Assembly (NCBI RefSeq): GCF_009914755.1 | Contig: NC_060926.1 | Direction: 5' to 3' (one strand) | DNA: 64,000 nt | Origin: the human T2T-CHM13v2.0 reference genome, Homo sapiens | Part shown: positions 31,734 to 64,000 of the stretch, piece by piece | How positions within the stretch are numbered: position 1 is the stretch's first letter | Layout: each line of letters begins with the position of its first letter | Translations under genes and position numbers: made by a program | The notes under the pieces: model-generated | Databases searched by the model: none | The model's input: only the letters and a program-made list of their open reading frames with translations | Told to the model about the DNA's origin: nothing

Positions 31734-32619
31734 TCATTCTGCCTGAAATTTTATCTGTTATTCCTTTTGCATTAATGACAATTAATAACAATTAAGAGGG
31801 TGAGGTATTAACTATTTTTTCACTATAATCTAAATTACAGTGTTTTAATAAGATTGCTTTCTATCTACCCTGAGGGATGAGATCATTCTATGAAGGCAAT
31901 AGTTTTTATTAGAAGTATTAAAACAGAGGAAATGAGAGTGGTAATTTTGGAGTTCTGGCTGCTTGGGAGGACTGGGGGCGGTGTTTTGGATAGCCAGAGG
32001 GCAGCATGACGGCACTGGGTAGGAGAACAAGAAAATGGGGTTCTAAGAGGCTGAGGAGAAGGATGTAGAAGCATGGAAAGACACCAATAACAATTTGCAA
32101 ATCTTAGGGGAGGGGAAGGACCCTGATTTTTCCTTTCTTCCCAGCGACAAAATGAAATGCAACCTCTCTCCTTATAAAATCAGGAGATAGGATAGAAATA
32201 GCTAGTATAAAAACAATAGTAATAATAATAAAGCATGTGCCTCGTGCTTTATTCAAATTTAATCCTCATAACAACCCGAAGAGACAGACACTATTATCTC
32301 CAGTTTACAGGTAAGACAGGTGCTGTTAGCCTAGTGTTGGGTCTGCAAAGTTTGGGGTTGCAGGTCAGAGAGGACAGGGACATGAAGCAGTCTCCTTTCT
32401 AGCTGAAAGTCTTCCACCTCCCATCCTGAGATGTCTGGCCTGGGAAGCAGAGGCAAACACAATTGGGTGGGTGGTGGTGGTTTTGGTCACATGTAGTATA
32501 CATGCCTTCTGCTGGGGGAGGGGAAAGAGGAACATTACCTGACATCACCCATGAGAGGATGTGAATATCCCCCACAGCTTTGGTCTGTCTGTAGATTTGG
32601 ACTTTAAAGTAGGAAGGAA

Positions 32620-32780
32620 CAGTCACGGTGTAGATACTGAACTTGGAGTCAGAAAACTCAGGTCAGATCTCACTAGATAACCTTAAGCAGGTCAATCCGC
32701 CTTTCTGGGCTGCACTTTCTTCAATTATAAAATGAAGGCGTTGGATTCAAGTTAAATCTCTGAGGTCCCTTCCAGCTCAA
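32620..32780. mobile_element. MIR fragment
   Basis: ttggagtcagaaaactcagg...tctctgaggtcccttccagctc. Confidence 0.65.
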
Positions 32781-34136
32781 AAACTGTACAATTTGAGAAC
32801 CTGGTGGTTGAATGTGACAAATTGTGATCTCTCTCTCTCCCACTGCATATGTTCCAGAGCGTGGTATTTTGGGTATAAATATGCCAATGTCTGCTGTCTG
32901 TATGTGTGTGTATTCCAGCTATATGACTAAAACTTTAGTTGTTTGTGGGTAAACAAGGGATGCTTCTTCGTTTTCTCCATGAGAGACCAAATGGCTCTGA
33001 GTGGTAGTAAACAAAAAGATCACTGACTCAAGGTATGATGGGAGGGCAAATGATCCAAGAAATGGTTTTAGTCTGTAATCATTCTTTGGCAGTTATTTTT
33101 GGTTTTTTACTTTCATTCTTTTTAAAACCAAATCCAATTAAGTCTTGACATCAACCCTGTGAAATGGCACAGGTTTTTATAGAAGAGGAAAAATAGACTC
33201 AGAGATGAAATGATTTGTCTAAGATCACACAGCCTGTGAGGGCCAGAGCCAGAGCTAAGATCTAGGGCTTCTGACCCCTGGCTTGTGTGTTCTTCCTAGG
33301 ACTGAGCTGCGTGTGAGAAGAGCCCAGGCATAGAACACTCAGTCAAAGAGGCTCTGGTTTCTAGGTAAAGGCAAAGAGGAGAGCCACTGGCCAAAGGAGG
33401 CCAGGCCGACTGGGCCGTGCTACTCCCACCTCTGCAGCTTCCTGGCTGAAGTGACATTCTATTCAGAGCAGAGCCTCGCAAGACTTACAGATAACGGCTA
33501 TTTCAAGAGCCATGAACTGTGATTAGTTAGAATGTCAGAGGGCCATGATAAGAAGTGAAAACATTCTGCAGCCTCTGTCAAGATGCGAAAGGTGTTTACT
33601 AACTCTTCTCAGAACCGAATTTGCCTTCTTTCTCAGGGCTCACTTCTATGAAGCAGGGATGCAATCGCCTCTTGGGTTGTTGTGAGGATCCAAAGAGATA
33701 ATTAGGTAGGAGTGTCTCGGAAAAGCCTCACACTTTTGCTTGTTCATTCAACCAACCAACATTTACTGAACACAGGAAGTGTGTTAGGAACTGGAGGGAA
33801 TACTAAGGCAAATAAGAAACGGGGAGTTCAGGATCACGTTATTATCTCCCCTCTCACCTTTCTGTATCATGGTTTCTTCTTGTCTAGGACCATATGAGGG
33901 AAGATGGGCCCTGTAGTCTTGTCCAATTCCCTAGCTAAGTGCTTCTGTCCCAGGGAATTCTGAGCCCAACCTCCAGGTTACATTGGATCAGCAGACGGCC
34001 CTCAGCTATAGCTCATTCAAGAAATCATTCATTCACTCACGTGAGCCAGGCATGACTCTAGGTGCTGGGGATACAATGGTCAACAAACAAACAAGGTCCT
34101 TGCCCTCGTGGAGCTGTCACCTGGGGAAGGCAGCTA

Positions 34137-34732
34137 TTTTTTTTTTTTTTTTTGAGACGGAGTCTCACTCTATTGCCTAGGCTGGAGTGTAATGGCACGA
34201 TCTCGGCTCACTGCAACCTCCGCCACACCCAGCTAATTTTTTTATTTTTAGTAGAGACAGGGTTTTACTATGTTGGCCAGACTGGTCTTGAACTCCTGAC
34301 CTCGTGATCGACCCGCCTCGGCCTCCCAAAGTGCTGAGATTACAGGCATGAGCCACTGCGCCTGGCCAACAGCAGCTTTTAAATCAATATGCAAATAAAC
34401 ATATGTTCACCAGCTGGGCGTGGTGGCTCACGCCTGTAATCCCTGCACTTTTGGAGGCTGAGGCGGGCAGATCACTTGAGCTCAGGAGTTCAAGACCAGC
34501 CTGGGCAACATGATGAAACCCTGCCTCTACCAAAAATATGAAAATTAGCTGGGCATGCTGGTGCATGCCTTTAGTCCCAGCTACTTGGGAGGCTGAGGTG
34601 GGAGGATGGCTTGAGCCCAGGAAGTTGTGGCTGCTGAGCTGTGATTGTGTCACTGCACTCCAGACTAAGACCTTGTCTCAAAAAAAAAAAAAAATATATA
34701 TATATATATGGATAGATATAGATACATATACA

Positions 34733-34763
<31 letters not shown>
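34137..34763. mobile_element. Antisense deleted Alu (34137-34367) and sense AluJ/S (34412-34693) with a (TA)n/(TG)n tail microsatellite
   Basis: Alu matches; tatatata...tgtgtgtg. Confidence 0.85.
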
Positions 34764-34766
<3 letters not shown>

Positions 34767-35063
34767 TTGCAGGCTGTTATGAGGTGAGGAGAGAGGAGTA
34801 GAACCCAGTTTAGAAGGCCTCTCTGAGGAGGCCTGAAGCTGAGATCCCTGAAGGATGAGAGGTCAAGCCCTCCAGGCAGAGGGAACAACATGGTCAAAGA
34901 CTCTTGAAATGGGAGGGAACACGATGTTTTCAAATAACTAACAGGAAAGAGGAAAGCGGTGGAGCAGAGCCCAGAGCAAGTAGGACAGTGGTTCCAGAAA
35001 AGATTGGAGAGGGAGGGGCAGGACCACGCTGGGTCTTACAGACTGAGGCAAGGAATTCGTTAT

Positions 35064-35608
35064 AAGTGAACCTCTAATGCCTTCTGCTCTCTCTACCCAG
35101 TGCTGGGGAAGAAATGAGCTGGTTTGTTCTGCTAGTTCTGTCCTCCCATGATAGTCATGAAAGCTTGGGGGTTAAAGAAATCTGGCATGAGACAAACCAC
35201 CATAAAAAAATTATCAGCTTCAGCTTCTTTTTAAGTGAGTGACCTCTAAACTCATCTGACCCAGAGACTATGGACCAGGTGGGTAATGCAAAGGTCTTCA
35301 TCCCCTCTCCCTGCACTGACCACAGGCCTACAGAAATAAATTCATTAATTCAGCAGTCATCACGTCTGCTACAGATGGACTCCTTAGTTCGTTTGCTTAG
35401 ATGGTTCTTGAGGTGGAATACTGATTTACAAGTGCACCTCTAATGCCTTCTGCTCTCTCTACCCAGTGCTGGGGAAGAAATGAGCTGGTTTGTTCTGCTA
35501 GTTCTGTCCTCCCATGAGTCATGAAAGCTTGGGGGTTAAAGAAATTTGGCATGAGACAAACCACCAAAAAACATTATCAGCTTCAGCTTCTTTTTTGGTG
35601 AGTGACCT
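35064..35608 (+). repeat. Local about 180-bp direct duplication (35064-35245 and 35430-35608)
   Basis: aagtg(a/c)acctctaatgccttctgctctctctacccagtgctgggg...gtgagtgacct occurs twice with few mismatches. Confidence 0.95.
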
Positions 35609-35684
35609 TCGAAGGAGCTGGCGCAATGGGGGTTGGCGCAATGGCTTCAAGGAGGCTGGCACAATGGCTCACGCCTTCAAGGGG

Positions 35685-36064
<380 letters not shown>

Positions 36065-36818
36065 TTAACAGATAAGCATTTTCCAAGTAACAAAGCTTTT
36101 TCTACTACATGTTACAGGAGCCATTGAGTGCTCTTGCAAAGAAAACCAGCACTACAAAGTAGTAAATTATAAGTGATGCAAACACTACCTCCTGTAGAAA
36201 CTCACAGGAAGGGAAGCCAGGTAGAGGCATGCTCCCATGCCAGCAGGTGGGGATACAAATCCTCCTTCTGCTACCTTTCCAGAAGAAAGTTAGCAATAGA
36301 GATCAAGAGCGTAAAAAAAAAGAAAAAGAAAAAAGAAAAAAAAAATCATTTCGACCCAATAATTCCACTTCTAAGAATGTATCCTTAGGAAAAAAAATTA
36401 GACATTTGTTCAAGGATTTCTGTTGAATTTTCCTTATAAGGTTATTATATTATCAAATAGAAACAACTGAAACAGCCAAGTTGGGTTACATTATGGGACA
36501 TGCTCATGATGGCATCATATTTAAGTGACGTTTTTGAAGCACGGTAGTGACTTTTGGAAAAGGCTCAATACATCATTTTAATGAGACGGGCAAACTCATC
36601 ATTACGATATACTAGGAGAAATGCTTTGACAGACGAAGTGGGAACAACTGGGAGAGTGAATGATGGAGTGTCAGGAACAGGGGCATATGAGTTGGGTCTT
36701 CCAGGTTGTGGAGGTGTTTCCGGGTGGAAGAGAAGGAGGGACCAAGCGGAGAGCCCTAAGTCCTGAAGACAACTGGGAAGGTAACACACCTCTTAAGAAG
36801 GGCATGCAGCAGCCATAC

Positions 36819-36874
36819 CTCTCATCCGCCACGGTCAGCAAACCCATTGTGTTTCCTGGAGTGAGTTGGGCCAT
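36819..36874 (-). CDS. SLC30A3: Candidate distal alternative first coding exon of SLC30A3 (MAQLTPGNTMGLLTVADE)
   Basis: ttgATGG start, 18 codons + AG|gtatgg phase-2 donor compatible with exon 2; lies beside a CpG-rich promoter. Confidence 0.6.
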
Positions 36875-36929
36875 CAAGATGGGTGGTGCCCTCCTGCTGG
36901 GGAAGAGGGGCTCGGTGGGAATCCCTGCC

Positions 36930-37200
36930 CCAAGGCCTGGCAGCAACGCTCCTACGCTGCCTTGGGCCGCAGGCCTGCTAAGCCCTCCGCTCTCGCTTCC
37001 CTGCGCGCGAAATAAGTCCCAGGGCCAATGTGGCCTCCCCACCCAGTGCTTCCGGGGGCGCCAAAAAACGACCTGCCCAGACCCTCAGCGTCGACGCTGC
37101 GCACAAGCGCAGTCAACTGCTGGACCCGGCCGGTGTGAAGTTTCACACCCAAAAGGATGAAGGGCACCCACCTGGCTTAAGAGAACGACTCCCAGGTAAA
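36930..37200. promoter_or_regulatory. DNAJC5G: CpG-rich promoter of DNAJC5G (probably bidirectional) and non-coding exon 1
   Basis: E2F-like GCGCGAAA 37005 and GGCGCCAAA 37057, CCAAT 37025, ETS-like cttccgg; donors cag|gtaaag (37195) and cag|gtgagg (37213). Confidence 0.7.
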
Positions 37201-37502
37201 GGGCCAGACCCAGGTGAGGAGTCGGCACAGGGCCAGAGGTGCCCTGCACACTCAGAGCTCTCCCTTTGAGCTCCTTGCCTTGCTCGGTTCTCCTGGGCCG
37301 CAGGCGTCTACCCTGCTCTCTGGGGTTCCGCTGCCTTTTCCTTGCCAGGTCTTTCCCACAGCAACGCCTTTTCTCTTCCTTCTCCAGCCTCTGAGTCCTC
37401 TTCCTCCTCTCCCCACTGTCCCACCTCTGAGGGACAGAAGTGGGGTGGTTTGAGAGCAGGAGACTGGAGGGAAGAAGCAAGTCCAGGCCTAGCTGCAAGC
37501 AC

Positions 37503-37533
37503 TCCCCACCCCCGCCCCCGCCCCCGCCCCCGC
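37503..37533 (-). repeat. (CCCCCG)n GC-box array / G-quadruplex-forming tract
   Basis: ccccacccccgcccccgcccccgcccccgcc. Confidence 0.8.
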
Positions 37534-37612
37534 CAGGCTCTAGGACACTTGACTTCTGTTAGGCCTCACACGGTTTGGTCTGAAGTGTTTCTCTCTTAAT
37601 AGCTGTGGATCG

Positions 37613-37910
<298 letters not shown>

Positions 37911-38364
37911 AAGAAGAAGTTGTGGAGCTGTCTGATTCCTGATCCTGTCCGTTCAGGCTGGGGCCGCCCTGGTCTTTCAAACCCAGCAGTGAGCTTGGAC
38001 AGACCCAGAGGTGTTTACTCCAGGTAATAGGAGCTCTAGACAAAATCAGGCTCTTTTCCTGGCTTAGACCTCTCCCTGCTTACAACACCTCTAGGATGTG
38101 GGATATCTAGAGGTCTGTGTAGCTGGAGGATGCTGGGAAATGTGAGGAGAAGATGTTTCCTCCTTAAAATTGGAATCTTTCTGATCACCTGAATTCTCCT
38201 GCTAGCCACAAATCCCACTCACTCTTATCTTATCCTTGTCCTTCTGTCATCGTTTACCTGCCTAATCCCTGAAGGTAGTGAGTTTCCTGTCACTGGAAGT
38301 GCACTTCTCGGTACCCTTACTTGTAGAAGTTCTCACAGATGCTGCTTCTCCTCTGGCTCAGATC

Positions 38365-41835
<3,471 letters not shown>

Positions 41836-42048
41836 GAGATGAAGAAGGATGAGGTATGTAAACCGAAAGGCAGCAACAGTTATCAGATAAGAAAAGCATG
41901 TAAGCTAACGTCAGATGAGTCATTAGTAGAAAGTTTACATCCTTATAGTATGGACTATGTGTTTATATCCTTACATGTAGGGGTTTGCTTTAAGTTCTAG
42001 GTAATTATTCCTTCTGATTAATAAAGCGCCACCTTCTTCCGCCACTAG

Positions 42049-43055
42049 GTGCTGACCCAGTGAGGGTGCCTTCTGCTGCCCAGTCCCCTGGACACATTGA
42101 AGAGAGGAGCAAGTAGCCCTGTCCTGACATTGACCCTGATTTGACCCCTCTTCTTATAAGGATCTCAAGAATCTCTTCAGAAGCACTGATGACGTTGATC
42201 CCAGTAAGGACATCACCTCTACCCTTGGTACCACAACTCTGTATGGGGTTGCCCAGCTACTCTTCCTTTCAGTTGCAGTCCCAATTTTACTCCGTCAGAA
42301 AGCAGCCCTCCCCTCCCTCCCCTTATGAGGTCTCAGGCAGTGGTGGCAGATTTTTCCTGAAGAGTCTTTTTCCTGTGTCTGCCTTGTTATTGGAACCAAT
42401 GCCAGCTGGTAGGATCCCTGAGCCCCTTGCGATATCACCACCAAGAGCCTGATAACTGAGCAGGGTGGATCCTGTCCCTGGAGCTGCTGCACCCATTAAT
42501 TCTCCCTTGTTGCAACTCTGTGTACCAAGAACCCCTAGCATCAGCCTCATTCCTAAGCCAATAACGCCTGTATGGAGTTGGTTTCATCTTCTGGTGCCCA
42601 CGGCCATTGGCATTGCCAGCCTCATTCCATGCCACTATGAGTCAACTCAGGAAAACTGCGAGTGCATTTGAGGCTTAGGGGTAGTCATTCCATCTTTAGA
42701 TTATCCTTGGACTTCAGCTACCAGCACAGCATGCATTAGCCTTGGTCCTGTAGGTTAACTGAAGTTCAAACATCAGTGCCAGCTTGCCTCCATCCTTTTC
42801 ACATATTATGCAGGCCAATTGACATATAATTTGTTCTTAAAAATAGGGGCATGAAATATGTGATCTGGAAAAGATTGTACTTTCTGGACTCTTTTCCCAC
42901 TCTTGCCTCTTTGTGCTGCTGTTTCGTATCCTCCTCACACCGTGTATTTCCCACCCACTCAGGGTCACAGCCTACTAATTCCTCAAACTTCTCTCCCTGG
43001 ACTAGGAGAAAGGCTAAAGAATGTCAGTAAATAAAAGAGCTTTCATCCAATCCCA
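42049..43055 (+). other. DNAJC5G: DNAJC5G non-coding terminal exon (3' UTR) with AATAAA at 43030-43035
   Basis: ccttcttccgccactag|G acceptor after the 41853 donor; polyA signal. Confidence 0.7.
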
Positions 43056-43118
43056 AGGCATATGTTATGCCCAAAAAAGACAAATTGTGTCTGGGGTAGA
43101 GAAAAAAGGCCTAAAGAA

Positions 43119-43154
43119 ATTGCTTCTTGGCCTTTTGCCTAAGATCAAGTGGAG
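43119..43154 (+). pseudogene. 3'-truncated U2 snRNA retrocopy
   Basis: attgcttcttggccttttgcctaagatcaagtggag vs U2 5' end ATCGCTTCTCGGCCTTTTGGCTAAGATCAAGTGTAG (4 mismatches in 36). Confidence 0.85.
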
Positions 43155-43899
43155 AAGACTTGTAGGAGAAAAAGAAGACCAGTGCTCACAAGTGGGGCAA
43201 GCCTGGCTTGGAGAGTAGGAGTCCTGGACAACTGTGGAGCTGGGTCAGAGGCTTCCCGGAGCCTTGTGATTATGACTTTGTCAGTGCTCTAAAATTTCCC
43301 TGGAGATTGATTCCCTGGGTGCCCAAAATAGGTCCCTGGCATTCAGGTCCTTTCTGCCCAGCTCACCTTCTCCCAATTTCCTAACAAATTTGAGTCCTTG
43401 GAGTGGCTCCAGGGATGTGTTCACGGACCAGAATCCCACATTTCCTCGGGGGCATGCTCATAGGTAGGTCCAGGCCTTGGCACAACAGTCATTTCTAGCC
43501 TCTTGAGCTTCTTTTCCTAGGGTGATATAAGAAAAGGCCAGGGAAGAACAAAAATGAGCCAGAGGTGTTGGACAAGAGGCTTGATGTAGTCCCTGGAGCT
43601 GCTGTTCTGAATCACACAGTCTTGAGGAGGAGGACCAGGGTCACTGGCTGAGCCTGTGGAGGAGGCAACCGCTACTGACTCTAAGTCTGGCAAGATCTTT
43701 CCTCCCACCCTGAGCTATGTATGGGTGCCTCTCACACAGGCAGATTTAGATTCTGTGTCACTGTCCTGGAAGAAGGGCCCAAGCCAGAACAGGGGTCCCG
43801 GGCTGAGAGGAGCCTTCAGAGTGAGAGGGCAGCACCTTTGCTGACCCACCTTTCACTGTAAGCAGTGGCACTCACCCCTGCCCTTGCTCAAGGGAGTCA

Positions 43900-43985
43900 C
43901 CCATTCCTGAGTGAGTCAGGGTCACTCACTCCATGACAGCTGTGGCTCGCCTTACATGAGCTAAATTGGGAATTGGAATGTCATG
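43900..43985 (+). promoter_or_regulatory. TRIM54: Putative muscle promoter module of TRIM54
   Basis: M-CAT CATTCCT 43902, AP-1 TGAGTCA 43912, E-box CAGCTG 43937, M-CAT TGGAATGT about 43974; 370-450 nt upstream of the ATG. Confidence 0.55.
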
Positions 43986-44351
43986 CAGATGCCCCTTGTC
44001 TCCCAACCCCCACAGTAAAATTAATCTGCTCTCTGGGGAGTAAGGGACAAACAGTGCTACCCACAGAGTGAACAAGAGAGAGTCATTTGGGAAACAAAAG
44101 GAGAATTTTACAGAGAGAGAGGGATAGCTAAAACTACGTGAGCCTGGCGAGGGTGCAGAGCAGAAAGTAGAGACTGTCCGAAGACTGCTATCTGGGACGA
44201 GACAAGTTGTTAAAGGGACAGGAGAGAAAGCAGAGCTATTTCAAGAGTGAGCCACAGAAGGGAATCCAGAGGCCATCTAAGCGAGGAAGGGTCTACAGGC
44301 AGTGAGTGAAGGCCAGGAGCAGGGCCCAGGCCAGGCACGACCACCGAGGGG

Positions 44352-61054
<16,703 letters not shown>

Positions 61055-61167
61055 GTATCAAACAGGGGAGGGAGTAGATATGTGAGAGATGGGGGCTTAG
61101 GACAGGGTCTCAGTGTCAGCCTCTTACTCCACTTATCTTTTGTTTACTTATTTCTTTATTTATTTAG

Positions 61168-63500
<2,333 letters not shown>

Positions 63501-63546
63501 CCTCAGCCTCCCAAAGCGTTACTCCACTTAGTTTTAAAGTCAAGCA

Positions 63547-64000
<454 letters not shown>

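Noticed and set aside
42141-42671. Coding-looking ORFs in the DNAJC5G 3' UTR
   Set aside because: No protein similarity I can recognise and no consistent frame; treated as UTR

Overview
Human (primate) genomic DNA that I recognise as the chr2p23.3 CAD - SLC30A3 - DNAJC5G - TRIM54 cluster. It contains the last 14 coding exons and 3' UTR of CAD (+; dihydroorotase C-terminus, linker and ATCase domain), the complete SLC30A3/ZnT3 gene (-; 8 coding exons, 388 aa), the complete DNAJC5G/CSP-gamma gene (+; 189 aa) and the first three coding exons of TRIM54/MURF3 (+). Exon phases and lengths were checked by hand and join in frame. The rest is Alu-dense, with L2, MIR, L1, MaLR, hAT and MER41 relics, three CpG islands and several microsatellites. 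I found no clear evidence of a wholly new biological system. The most interesting signals are: an in-frame 51-nt candidate cassette exon next to CAD Ser1859; a distal SLC30A3 first exon sharing a bidirectional promoter with DNAJC5G; a 48-nt alternative acceptor that inserts 16 aa into the DNAJC5G J-domain; an in-frame Alu-derived TRIM54 exon; a duplicated exon-like 180-bp cassette followed by a stuttered Alu head; a palindromic AT minisatellite and a MER41A LTR in nested Alus; a truncated U2 retrocopy; and a convergent CTCF-like pair. Repeat boundaries are approximate and repeat families were assigned by eye.
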